This document shows, in pieces, positions 41,368 through 50,956 of a stretch of DNA of 64,000 nucleotides (positions are counted from its first letter, which is position 1; every line of letters starts with the position of its first letter). This stretch comes from an uncultured delta proteobacterium (GTDB taxonomy: Bacteria > Desulfobacterota > Syntrophia > Syntrophales > UBA5619). The stretch is from assembly GCA_963817385.1 (NCBI GenBank), contig CAWFOM010000027.1, positions 1 through 64,000 on the forward strand, read 5' to 3'. The notes under the pieces are model-generated. The model worked only from the letters and a program-made list of their open reading frames with translations. It was not told the DNA's origin and ran no database searches. The translations under genes were made by a program, and so were the position numbers.

Positions 41368-42417
41368 ATGGCAAAAAAAAGATATCGAATCGGGATCATT
41401 CCCGGCGACGGCATCGGACGAGATGTCATCAAGGCGGCACGGATCGTTCTGGATGCGATTCATGAAACATCGCAGACCTTTGCCCTGGACTTCAAACCCA
41501 TGGATACGGGTGATGCCGCCGTCCGGAAGTATGGGGCCCCGTTTCCCAAGGAGACGCTCGACGGAATCGCCGAAACGGATGCCGTCCTGTTCGGGGCTGC
41601 CGGGAATCCCCATACCGTCCAGGTTCTGATGGGATTCCGCATGGGTTTCAATTTGTACGCGAATGTCCGCCCGATAAGATCGTTGCCGGGATCCAATGCC
41701 CTCAAGACGAATGCGGATCTGATCGTCGTTCGGGAGAATACCGAAGGGCTGTACCGGAATGTTGGGTATATCGACGGTGATTACCACGTCAATCTGCGGG
41801 TGTTTACGACGAAGGGAATGGTACGGATCCTCAGGTTCTGTTTTGAACTCGCCCGGAAAGAGCGGCGCAAGAAGGTCACCTTTACCCATAAGGCCCACGT
41901 CCTGACCTATACCGACGAGCCGATGAGGAAGATCTTCTATGAGATGGCCAAGGAATATCCCGATATTATCGCGGAGGATATGACGATCGATGCCTGCGCC
42001 ATGCAGGTCGTCATGCACCCCGAGCGATTCGACATCATTTTTGCCGAGAATGCCAACGGGGACATCCTGAGCGATGTCGGGGCGGGGGTGATCGGCGGGA
42101 TGGGGTTTGCGTATGCCGGAAACATCGGCGATTCCATGGGGGTCTTCGAGCCGATCCACGGAACGGCGCCAAAATACGCGGACAAGAATGTCGTCAATCC
42201 AATCGCGGCGATCCTCGCCGGTAAGATGATGTTCGAATATCTTGGAGAAGGGGAAACAGCGGCGAGGATGGAGAAGGCCATCATCGATGTTTTGGCGGAA
42301 GCGAGGGTTCGGACCTATGACCTGGGAGGGCATTCCTCAACCACTGACATGGCCGAGGCGATAGCGGAAAAAATGCGGCAGAAAGAAGAGGAGGATAGGG
42401 ATGCCCGCATTGTTTGA
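41368..42417 (+). CDS. Isocitrate/isopropylmalate/tartrate dehydrogenase family protein
   Basis: Motifs GDGIG, YANVRP, RENTEGLY, HK, GDILSD and FEPIHGTAP. Confidence 0.9.
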   Translation: MAKKRYRIGIIPGDGIGRDVIKAARIVLDAIHETSQTFALDFKPMDTGDAAVRKYGAPFPKETLDGIAETDAVLFGAAGNPHTVQVLMGFRMGFNLYANVRPIRSLPGSNALKTNADLIVVRENTEGLYRNVGYIDGDYHVNLRVFTTKGMVRILRFCFELARKERRKKVTFTHKAHVLTYTDEPMRKIFYEMAKEYPDIIAEDMTIDACAMQVVMHPERFDIIFAENANGDILSDVGAGVIGGMGFAYAGNIGDSMGVFEPIHGTAPKYADKNVVNPIAAILAGKMMFEYLGEGETAARMEKAIIDVLAEARVRTYDLGGHSSTTDMAEAIAEKMRQKEEEDRDARIV

Positions 42418-43465
42418 TCCTTTCACCATTCGCGGCGTGACCTTGCGTAACCGTATCGGCGTGTCACCGATGTGTCAGTACAGTTACCGGGATGGGTTTT
42501 CGAACGAATGGCAGCTTGTTCATCTGGGGGCACGGGCGGCGGGCGGTGCAGGATTGATCATTACCGAGGCCAGCGCCGTGGAAGCACGCGGCCGAATCAC
42601 CCCCTATGATGTCGGGCTCTGGTCGGACGCGCATATCGAACCGCTGGCGCGGGTGACGCGTTTCCTCAAAGAGCGGGGGGCGGTGGCAGGTATCCAGATT
42701 GCGCATGCCGGCCGCAAGGCATGTACGGACCGTCCGTGGGACGGAGGCAAGCCGATCCCGCCCGGCGATCCGCGCGCCTGGCAGGCGGTTGGTCCCAGTT
42801 CCCTCCCATTTGCCGAAGGCCACCAGGTGCCGCATGAACTCAGCGCCGATGAAATTCGCGAAGTCCGGAAGGCGTTTTGTGACGCGGCGGCGCGGGCGCT
42901 GGAGGCGGGTTTCGAATGGCTGGAGATCCACGGAGCTCACGGCTACCTGATCCACAGTTTCTATTCACCGCTTTCCAACCGCCGCACGGACGAATACGGC
43001 GGCAGTTTCGATAATCGGATCCGTTTCCTGCTGGAAACCGTCCGCGCCGTTCGGCCGGTCTGGCCGGAGAGTCTGCCGCTCACGGTGCGCATCTCCGGCA
43101 CGGATTGGGTTGAAGGCGGCTGGATGGTGGAGGAAGCGGTCCAGTTGGCATCCCGTCTCAAGCAGGAGGGGGTAGACCTGATCGACTGCTCCGCGGGCGG
43201 CAATGTCGCCACTGCCCCGGCGCCTGTCGGGGCAAGCTACCAAGTGCCGATTTCGGAAGCCATCCGCCGGGGAGCGGATATCCCGACGGCAACGGTCGGA
43301 CTGATCACGGAGCCGATGCAGGCCGATGAGATCATCCGCAACAACCGCGCCGACGTGGTTCTGCTGGGCCGCGCAATGCTGCGCGATCCTCAGTGGGCGC
43401 TGCATGCTGCGCAGTCGCTCAAGCAGCCTGCTCCGGTGCCGTCCCAGTATCTCCGGGCGTTTTAG
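42401..43465 (+). CDS. NADH:flavin oxidoreductase / old yellow enzyme (YqjM/NamA-like)
   Basis: Motifs SPMCQYS, QIAHAGRK, HGAHGYL, NRRTDEYGGS and C-terminal QYLRAF. Confidence 0.92.
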   Translation: MPALFDPFTIRGVTLRNRIGVSPMCQYSYRDGFSNEWQLVHLGARAAGGAGLIITEASAVEARGRITPYDVGLWSDAHIEPLARVTRFLKERGAVAGIQIAHAGRKACTDRPWDGGKPIPPGDPRAWQAVGPSSLPFAEGHQVPHELSADEIREVRKAFCDAAARALEAGFEWLEIHGAHGYLIHSFYSPLSNRRTDEYGGSFDNRIRFLLETVRAVRPVWPESLPLTVRISGTDWVEGGWMVEEAVQLASRLKQEGVDLIDCSAGGNVATAPAPVGASYQVPISEAIRRGADIPTATVGLITEPMQADEIIRNNRADVVLLGRAMLRDPQWALHAAQSLKQPAPVPSQYLRAF

Positions 43466-43514
43466 GCTGTTAGGTTACCAGACTGGGCAAGCAAAACGAA
43501 GGGAGGATGGACAC

Positions 43515-44528
43515 ATGAACCAGAACGGGTGTGCTTTTTCCACGAAGGTCGTTACATTTCTTCTGAGCGTTCTTTTTGTGCTCTGCTCTGCGGAAGGGGT
43601 CTTTTCCCAGGAGTACCCGACCAAGGCGGTCACCATGGTGTGCGGCATGGATCCCGGAGGGGTGGTCGACGTGGCTACCCGGGTTCTCGCCGACAACACC
43701 AAGAAGATTCTCGGGCAGGATATCCTGGTGGAGAATAAACCCGGGGCAAGTCACATGGTGGCGGCCAGTTATGTCGTCAAATCCAAGCCGGACGGCTATA
43801 CCCTCTTCCCCTCAACCGACGCCCCGTTTGTGCGCGTTCCCCACATGATGAACCTGCAATTCGACCCCATTTCCGAAACGACGCCGATCATCTTTTTCGG
43901 AATCTTCACCCACTTCATCGTTGTTTCAGCGGACAGCCCCTTTAAGACCCTGAAGGATATGCTCATCTATGCCAAACAGAACCCCGATAAACTAACGTTT
44001 GGAAATCCCGGACACGGGACCGTGCCTCACCTGACCATGGCGGGAATGGCGCTGGAAACGGGATTGAAATTTTCCCATATCCCCTTTGCCGGTGAGAACA
44101 AGGAGATAGCCGCGCTGCTGGGAGGCCATCTGATGGCCGCCGGGATCGCCATTGAATCGTGCATCTCCCAGGTACAGGCGGGAAAGCTCCGGGCGCTGGC
44201 GGTACTGCAGGGTGATAATCGGCTTTCGGCCTTCCCCGATATCCCGACCCTGAAAGAGGTGGCAAAGGATTTCGGTATGAAATCGAGCGTGATCTACCCC
44301 GGGTTGATGATCTCCGGCCCGAAGGGTCTGCCCGACCCCGTCGTCAAGAAGCTTGTCACCGCCTTCGACGCGGGCCGCAAAACCCCCGGTTTCCAGAAGT
44401 ATGCCACACAGGGGTATATTTTCCAGGATAACATGCCCGTTATCGGCCAGGCGCTCAAGGACCACCTTGTCAAGGCATTCAAAGAGACGGGAGCCTTGAT
44501 CCAGGCCCTTGAGATAAAGAAGAAGTAG
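43515..44528 (+). CDS. tctC: Tripartite tricarboxylate transporter substrate-binding protein (TctC/Bug)
   Basis: Signal peptide; motifs YPTK, PGGVVD, VENKPGA, PDGYTL and PDIPT. Confidence 0.9.
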   Translation: MNQNGCAFSTKVVTFLLSVLFVLCSAEGVFSQEYPTKAVTMVCGMDPGGVVDVATRVLADNTKKILGQDILVENKPGASHMVAASYVVKSKPDGYTLFPSTDAPFVRVPHMMNLQFDPISETTPIIFFGIFTHFIVVSADSPFKTLKDMLIYAKQNPDKLTFGNPGHGTVPHLTMAGMALETGLKFSHIPFAGENKEIAALLGGHLMAAGIAIESCISQVQAGKLRALAVLQGDNRLSAFPDIPTLKEVAKDFGMKSSVIYPGLMISGPKGLPDPVVKKLVTAFDAGRKTPGFQKYATQGYIFQDNMPVIGQALKDHLVKAFKETGALIQALEIKKK

Positions 44529-44550
44529 AAGGAGAAGGAGAGCGAGAGCG

Positions 44551-45027
44551 ATGCTGAGACGAGGCTGGATGGCCCGCAAGGGGGCGGACTTTTGGACGGC
44601 CCTCGTTCTGATGATTTTTTCCGGAACGGTCATCCGTGGGGCGCTGAATCTCGATGTCGGTACGCCGGCCAATCCGGGGTCCGGGTTCATGATCTTCGGC
44701 ACCGCTGTCGTGCTCGGGGTGATGGCCTCCGTGCAGTGTGCCAAATCGCTCCGTACCCCGGATCAAGAGACGGGGGAGCTGCGGGAGAAGATCCATCTCT
44801 GGCGGATAGTCTCCGTCATCGCAGCCAATGCCATCTACATCGCTCTCCTCGATCGGGTCGGGTATATCATCAGTACGTTTATTCTCCTGTGCTTTCTGCT
44901 GCAGGTCTATGAAAAAGGCAGGTGGGCTCGGGCTGTGGCGGGCGCTGCCGCAACCTCGGTTTTAACGTATCTGACCTTTGCGAAGTTGTTGCAGTTGAAT
45001 CTTCCCAAAGGGTTGATCCCTTTTTGA
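44551..45027 (+). CDS. tctB: Tripartite tricarboxylate transporter TctB
   Basis: NPGSGF motif, four TMs, C-terminal LQLNLPKG. Confidence 0.85.
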   Translation: MLRRGWMARKGADFWTALVLMIFSGTVIRGALNLDVGTPANPGSGFMIFGTAVVLGVMASVQCAKSLRTPDQETGELREKIHLWRIVSVIAANAIYIALLDRVGYIISTFILLCFLLQVYEKGRWARAVAGAAATSVLTYLTFAKLLQLNLPKGLIPF

Positions 45028-45108
45028 TGGGGAATCAGGGACAGTGTCATCTTCATGGCGGGAGCGGCGAGGTGATACGCCGGGAGCGGCATTCGGAAAA
45101 GAGCGATT

Positions 45109-46605
45109 ATGTGGACGGATATACTCTACGGTTTCCAGGTGGCAACAAACCCGATGAACCTCCTCTTCTGTTTTGTGGGAGTGTTTCTCGGGACGCTCAT
45201 GGGCGTCCTCCCCGGGATCGGGCCGGCTGGGGCGATGGCGATTCTCCTCCCCATCAGCCTGCAGATAACCCCTGTCGGTTCGATCATCATGCTGGCGGGG
45301 ATCTATTACGGATCGATGTATGGCGGCTCAACCACGTCGATCCTTGTCTCCATCCCCGGGGAACCGGCCAGTGTCATGACCTGCGTGGACGGTTACCAGA
45401 TGGCCTTGAAGGGAAAGGCGGGGCCGGCACTGGGTATCGCCGCTTTTGGTTCCTTCACTGCCGGGACGTTCAGTGTCGTCTGCCTGATGTTCCTCGCCGG
45501 TCCCCTGGCCACGGCCGCCTTGAAATTCGGCCCCCCGGAGTTTTTTTCCCTTGTGCTGATGGGGCTTACCCTGGCCACCTACCTTTCCCGGAGAGCCCCG
45601 GAAAAGGCCTTCATGTCGGCGCTGATCGGGCTGCTTTTCTCCTGGGTGGGTATTGACTTGGTGAACGGTACGTCCCGTTTCACGTTCGGCCTGCTTGAAC
45701 TGAGTGACGGGGTCGGCGTCATTCCCCTGGTCATGGGTCTGTTCGGGATATCGGAGGTCCTGCTCGAACTGGAGAAAAATGATTACGGTTACATTACCCA
45801 GACAAAGATCGGGAATCTCCTGCCGAACCGGGAGGAGTGGCGGCAAAGCGCGTGGCCGATTGCCCGGGGGTCCGTGCTGGGCTTCTTCCTGGGAATCCTG
45901 CCGGGGGGCGGGGGGATCATCGCGAATTTCATGTCCTACATCATGGAGAAACGCCTCTCCAAGCACCCCGAGCGATTCGGGTCGGGAGAGATCGCCGGAG
46001 TGGCGGGACCGGAAGCGGCCAATAATGCCGCGGCCGGAGGGGCTCTCATCCCTCTTCTTTCCCTGGGGATACCGATGAACGCAACCGTTGCCCTTCTGTT
46101 TGCAGCCCTCATGATCCACGGGGTCCGGCCGGGACCGATGCTCATCGCCGAGCACCCCGAGGTCTTCTGGGGAATTGTGGCCTCCATGTATATCGGCAAC
46201 GTGATGCTGCTCATCCTCAACCTGCCGCTGATCGGGATATGGGTCAAAGTCCTGAAGATCCCGTACCGGATTATCTTCCCGATGATCGTCCTTTTTTGCA
46301 TCATCGGCGTATACGCAATCAACCGCTCCATACTGGATCTGGCTTTGATGCTGGGGTTCGGCGTTTTGGGATACCTGATGCGGAAGTTCGATTTCGACCC
46401 GGCCCCCCTCTGCCTGGCCTTCATTCTGGGGCCGCTCCTCGAGGTCGCCATGCGCCAGGCGCTGCTCCTCTCCCAAGGGAACTTCATGATCTTTTTCACC
46501 CGACCTCTTTCCGCTGTCTGTCTGGGAATTGCCGTTGCACTGCTGTTGACGAACCTGATCTCGTTCAGGAAGAGTAACAAGGCGAAGTCCGGGGAGCACG
46601 TATGA
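45109..46605 (+). CDS. tctA: Tripartite tricarboxylate transporter TctA
   Basis: Motifs GVLPGIG, YGSMYGG and GPEAANNA. Confidence 0.93.
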   Translation: MWTDILYGFQVATNPMNLLFCFVGVFLGTLMGVLPGIGPAGAMAILLPISLQITPVGSIIMLAGIYYGSMYGGSTTSILVSIPGEPASVMTCVDGYQMALKGKAGPALGIAAFGSFTAGTFSVVCLMFLAGPLATAALKFGPPEFFSLVLMGLTLATYLSRRAPEKAFMSALIGLLFSWVGIDLVNGTSRFTFGLLELSDGVGVIPLVMGLFGISEVLLELEKNDYGYITQTKIGNLLPNREEWRQSAWPIARGSVLGFFLGILPGGGGIIANFMSYIMEKRLSKHPERFGSGEIAGVAGPEAANNAAAGGALIPLLSLGIPMNATVALLFAALMIHGVRPGPMLIAEHPEVFWGIVASMYIGNVMLLILNLPLIGIWVKVLKIPYRIIFPMIVLFCIIGVYAINRSILDLALMLGFGVLGYLMRKFDFDPAPLCLAFILGPLLEVAMRQALLLSQGNFMIFFTRPLSAVCLGIAVALLLTNLISFRKSNKAKSGEHV

Positions 46606-47429
46606 GAAGCGAAATACGATTATCCAAGATCTCCACCGCGGATGCCGTCGTCAACTATTTGAAGCAGCAGATTGAAGACGGCCTGCTGAAGCCCGGAGAA
46701 AAACTGCCCAGTGAAAGGCTGCTGCAGCAGAAGCTTGCGGTCAGCCGTTTTACGCTGCGGGAATCTCTGGCCAGACTCAGTGGGCTCGGCATCATCAAGA
46801 CGATCCACGGCAAGGGGACAATCGTTGCCCGGGAAGTGAACAGCTCCACCCTGGCGGATGTTTTCATCCCGCTATTTGCCAATCAGAGCATCAAGGACGT
46901 CATCGACTTCTTTGAGGCCCGCGTGCTCATCGAAAGCGAAGCGGCGGTGTTGAGCGCCAGACGCAGATCGGATGAAGATTTGCGACGGTTTGAGGGAATT
47001 CTTGCGGATAGCAGGAAGTTCCTCGATGACCCGGACCGGTATGGGGAGCTCGATTTTCTGTTTCACATGCAGATTGCTCAATCTTCGGGGAACGTATTTA
47101 TTCAAAACATGGTGGGCTGTTTCAATGAATATACGAAGCGCTACATGCAGGTCGTTGCCAACGCGGCGATAAACCGTAACGCGTCGATCGTAGCGCATGA
47201 AGAGATTTATGAGTGTATCAAGAACAAGGACACGAGCAAGGCGGGCATTGTTACGAGAAAGCATTTAAGCCGGATGTTGGCAATTATGAGACAAGTACAG
47301 GCGGAACAAAAAATTGCCGACAACGGCGGAGGATTGACGAGCGTCCTGGATTTGCTGAGACAGAAGGAAGGTTTCCTCCCGCAGAGTTCAACGAGAAAAA
47401 AAGGGGAGCTACCGCGGATTAAGAAATGA
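46602..47429 (+). CDS. FadR-subfamily GntR regulator (GlcC/LldR/PdhR-like)
   Basis: wHTH LKPGEKLPSER...VSRFTLRE...HGKGT; FCD domain DFLFH..IA..SGN. Confidence 0.92.
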   Translation: MRSEIRLSKISTADAVVNYLKQQIEDGLLKPGEKLPSERLLQQKLAVSRFTLRESLARLSGLGIIKTIHGKGTIVAREVNSSTLADVFIPLFANQSIKDVIDFFEARVLIESEAAVLSARRRSDEDLRRFEGILADSRKFLDDPDRYGELDFLFHMQIAQSSGNVFIQNMVGCFNEYTKRYMQVVANAAINRNASIVAHEEIYECIKNKDTSKAGIVTRKHLSRMLAIMRQVQAEQKIADNGGGLTSVLDLLRQKEGFLPQSSTRKKGELPRIKK

Positions 47430-47457
47430 TGATTCACTCAGAGAAAGGAGAATAGCC

Positions 47458-47892
47458 ATGAAGACGTTGACACTATCGGCTGCGTGCTGCATCGCGGACA
47501 AGGCCCTGGAAAAGGGACGGGAACTGAACTTGGCGCCGTTGACCGTCGTGGTCCTTGACGCCGGGGGATATCCCAAAGTGGTGAAACGTGAAGACGGATC
47601 CAGCCTGCTTCGCCCGGAGATAGCCATGGGAAAGGCGTGGGGAACCCTGGGCATGGGGTTTGGCGGTCGTGATCTCGCAAGGCGGGCTGCAAAAGCACCT
47701 GCATTTTTTAATGCTCTTTCCGATATGTCCGGTGGCCGCATGGTCCCCGTGCCGGGTGGCGTACTTATCCGGTCGGAGTCGGGTGACATTCTCGGGGCTG
47801 TTGGCATCACGGGGGATAAGTCGGAAAACGATGAAACCTGTGCGGTCCACGGCATCCGCTCCGCGGGTCTGACGCCGGATACGGGTGATTAG
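47458..47892 (+). CDS. glcG: GlcG/HbpS family heme-binding protein
   Basis: Motifs VVLDAGG, IAMGKAW and PGGVLI...GAVGITG...DE.CA. Confidence 0.88.
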   Translation: MKTLTLSAACCIADKALEKGRELNLAPLTVVVLDAGGYPKVVKREDGSSLLRPEIAMGKAWGTLGMGFGGRDLARRAAKAPAFFNALSDMSGGRMVPVPGGVLIRSESGDILGAVGITGDKSENDETCAVHGIRSAGLTPDTGD

Positions 47893-48088
47893 TCTGGGCA
47901 TGGAGTCAAGGCCCCGTCGGCAGCGGCAGAAAAAATGAATGAGGTAGTCGGGAAACCTTTGGTGTAATAGGAGTAAGGGAATATTTTCTTGACATAGAAA
48001 AACTCTCCTGTAATACAAGTTGTCTATGATCAAACCAAAGGTTTGGGTAATTTAAATTTTTTCAAAATAGTAAGGAGGTAGATGACAA

Positions 48089-49420
48089 ATGCAGTACGGA
48101 CAATATACCGTGGATTACGAACAGCGCCCCTACAACCCGGAGCGCATGCGGAAAGAGCGGTGGGCGAAAGCTCAGGCTGGGATGAAAAAGTGGGGCCTGG
48201 GCGCGATGATTTTGTACGATTACGACTATCACCGCTACATGGGCTATTACACCTTCCACCAGTATGCCCGCCGCCGTCTGGGCACCTATGTCCTCGTCGT
48301 TCAAGGCGAGGAGATCCCCTATGTGAATACCGACAAGTATCCGAATTCCTGGGAAGAGCTCCGCATGCCCTGGTTCAAGGACCATTATGTCTTGAAGTCG
48401 TCCCGGCCTTACCAGTTGTGCAACGGGTTGCCCGAACACCCCAAGTACATGGCTGAATCCTTCCAGCGAAACGTCGACGACATCGTGCCCCTGCTGAAGA
48501 AGCACGGCGTCGCCGACATGCCGATCGGCATCGACGTCGTCAGCCCCACCATGATGGACGTCCTCACCAAGGGCGGCATCAAGATCGTCGACGGCAACAA
48601 CTGCATGGTCGACATCATCACCGAAAAAACCGAGGACGAGCTCTTCTGCCTGCGCATGGCCGGCGCCATCACCGAGGCGGCCCACTGGGATGTCTGCCGC
48701 GCCCTGCGCCCCGGCATGACGGAGCTGGAGATCGCCGGCATCGCCGCCAACAGCTGCTTCAAGCACGGCGCCGAAGAGCTCGAGGGACCCAGCTTCGTGG
48801 TCTGCACCGGTGAGCGCTCCGGTTACGGCGTGCCCGCCATGCCCACCGACCGGCGAGTCCGGCCGGGCGACTTCGTCGTCATCGACATCAACGGCGTGAG
48901 CTTCAACGGGTACCGGACCTGCTACTACCGGACCTACCTCTGCGGCGACAAGCCCACCCAGTTCCAGAAAGAGGTTTACAAGGCCGCATATGACGGCCTG
49001 ATGGCCATGCAGAGTGTCGTCAAGGTGGGCAACACGACGAAGGATGTCCAGACGGAATGGCTGAAGCTGGGCGACTTCCCCGGCGGTTGGGGCCGCGAGC
49101 ACAAGTTCCCCGAGCCGGGCCGCTACTACTTCGGCTCCGGCGGCCATCCCATCGGCATGCGTTCCGGCGACCCCGGCTACACGCTCCTCGGCGCCGGCGA
49201 GATCTTCGGCAACTTCCCCGGCGGTTCGATCAAGAAGAACTACACCTTCGCCGTCGAGGTCTGCTGCGCGACCTGGGACGGGACGAAGTGGATGAAGGAC
49301 GGCGTGAAAATAGAGAACAGCGGTTTCATCAATCAGGACGGCATCTGGGAGTCCTTCTATCGGTTCCCTGCGAAGGACATCATCGTCTGCGGATTGCCTG
49401 GCGAATACTACCCTACTTAA
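48089..49420 (+). CDS. M24 (pita-bread fold) Xaa-Pro peptidase/creatinase-like hydrolase
   Basis: Motifs KTEDEL, RPGMTE, VVIDI..GYRTCYYRT, GHPIG, AVE and GVKIEN; GGAGG RBS. Confidence 0.85.
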   Translation: MQYGQYTVDYEQRPYNPERMRKERWAKAQAGMKKWGLGAMILYDYDYHRYMGYYTFHQYARRRLGTYVLVVQGEEIPYVNTDKYPNSWEELRMPWFKDHYVLKSSRPYQLCNGLPEHPKYMAESFQRNVDDIVPLLKKHGVADMPIGIDVVSPTMMDVLTKGGIKIVDGNNCMVDIITEKTEDELFCLRMAGAITEAAHWDVCRALRPGMTELEIAGIAANSCFKHGAEELEGPSFVVCTGERSGYGVPAMPTDRRVRPGDFVVIDINGVSFNGYRTCYYRTYLCGDKPTQFQKEVYKAAYDGLMAMQSVVKVGNTTKDVQTEWLKLGDFPGGWGREHKFPEPGRYYFGSGGHPIGMRSGDPGYTLLGAGEIFGNFPGGSIKKNYTFAVEVCCATWDGTKWMKDGVKIENSGFINQDGIWESFYRFPAKDIIVCGLPGEYYPT

Positions 49421-49428
49421 GTAAGACA

Positions 49429-49468
49429 TAAAAGCCCTCACCCCTGATTATAGGGGTGAGGGCTTTTA
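49429..49468. terminator. Bidirectional intrinsic terminator
   Basis: Perfect inverted repeat TAAAAGCCCTCACCCCT-gattat-AGGGGTGAGGGCTTTTA. Confidence 0.85.
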
Positions 49469-49555
49469 CCCCCCGGGTGCATCATTCGTCAAAATGGCGT
49501 TAAGCGGAGATCGATACGCTCCGGTTGTATCCACAAAGCAAAAAAGGAGAGTCGT

Positions 49556-50800
49556 ATGCAGAAAAAAGTGAATAAAAAGGCTACCCCCTGGAAAACGGAT
49601 AACTGGTTCGTTAGTCCCTGGAACTATCTGGAGGAGGTGACCCAGGGTTTCAAGCCGCCCAAGAAGGTGAAGATCCATGACGTCACCCTGCGTGACGGAG
49701 AGCAGCAGGCGGGGATTATTTACCGCAAAGATGACAAAATCAGGATTGCCGAAAAGCTGGCGGAAGCGGGCGTGCACCGGATCGAGACGGGAATGCCGGC
49801 CGTTTCTCCCATGGACGAAGCGGCGATCCGGGAGATCGTAAAGCGCAAGCTCGGCCCGGAGATCTTCTGCTTCAGCCGCTGCATCGTGGACGACGTGAAG
49901 CGGGCGGCGGACTGCGGCGTGACCGGCGTCGTGATTGAAATCCCCGTCAGCGCCCACATGGTGAGCCAGGCCTACAAGTGGCCCCTCGAGAAGGCGATCG
50001 ATCTGTCGATCAAGGCGACGGCCGCCGCCAAGAAGGAGGGTCTCTACACGGTCTTCTTCACGATCGACGGGACGCGGGCCGACATGGACTTCCTGCTCAA
50101 CCTGGTGGATCGGGTGGCCACGGAAGGACACATGGACGCCTTCACCCTCGTCGATACCTTTGGCGTTCTTAATCCCCAGGCCGCGACCTACTTCACCCGC
50201 AAGGTGAAGGAACGGGTGAAGAAGCCCATCGAGGTCCACTTCCACTCGGACTTCGGCCTCGGTGTGGCCAATACGATCATGGCGGTTCTTTCGGGGGCGG
50301 AGGTCATCCACTCCACGGTGGGGGGCATCGGCGAGCGGTGCGGAAACGCCGCCATGGAAGAGACGGTGATGGCGCTCTTGACGATGTACGGAATCGATGT
50401 GGGCATCAACTACGGCAAGCTCAATGAGCTCTCCAAGTTGGTCATGAAGATTTCCGGGCTGGAAGTCCCGCCCCAGCGACCCTTTGTCGGCGAGAAGGCC
50501 TACACCGTCGAATCGGGGATCGTCACCGGCTGGTACCGGAACGCCTACGAGAAGAACCCAACGACCGTGTTTCCTCTCCTGCCCGAGTTTGTCGGTCACA
50601 CCAGACCCGAAATCATCATGGGCAAAAAGAGCGGCGTGGATAACATTGCCGTCTGGGCGGAGAAGCTTCGCCTCAAGATCGGTGAGGACAAGAAGATGGA
50701 GATCCTCAAACGGATCAAGCGTCGTTCCCATGATTTGCGGCGCGTCCTTACCGAAAAGGAGTTCAGGGAGATCGTCAGAGAGGTAAAGGCCGGGAAATAA
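49556..50800 (+). CDS. LeuA/CimA/homocitrate-synthase family (DRE-TIM) acyl-CoA:2-oxoacid condensing enzyme without regulatory domain
   Basis: Motifs DVTLRDGEQ, HFHSDFG, GIGERCGNA, ESGI and GKKSG; 414 aa. Confidence 0.85.
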   Translation: MQKKVNKKATPWKTDNWFVSPWNYLEEVTQGFKPPKKVKIHDVTLRDGEQQAGIIYRKDDKIRIAEKLAEAGVHRIETGMPAVSPMDEAAIREIVKRKLGPEIFCFSRCIVDDVKRAADCGVTGVVIEIPVSAHMVSQAYKWPLEKAIDLSIKATAAAKKEGLYTVFFTIDGTRADMDFLLNLVDRVATEGHMDAFTLVDTFGVLNPQAATYFTRKVKERVKKPIEVHFHSDFGLGVANTIMAVLSGAEVIHSTVGGIGERCGNAAMEETVMALLTMYGIDVGINYGKLNELSKLVMKISGLEVPPQRPFVGEKAYTVESGIVTGWYRNAYEKNPTTVFPLLPEFVGHTRPEIIMGKKSGVDNIAVWAEKLRLKIGEDKKMEILKRIKRRSHDLRRVLTEKEFREIVREVKAGK

Positions 50801-50956
50801 TCCGCCGGAGAGATCGATGGGGACCGGTGCGTGTCCGTATGCGGGAGCTGTTCATTTGCCGTCACGTTCTAAGAAAATGGCCGGCCCCGCAATTTCTTTC
50901 TGGCGATGAGCCATCGACAAGAATCAAATCCTCAACAAGAAGGGGGATGAGCGGGG

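Noticed and set aside
48089..49420. DMSP lyase DddP or creatinase assignment
   Set aside because: Only fold-level similarity is visible; the ligand pattern differs and the context gives no support.
49556..50800. Calling this gene leuA or nifV
   Set aside because: A canonical leuA with regulatory domain and attenuator is at 53957, and there is no nif or lysine-pathway context. The substrate cannot be assigned from sequence.
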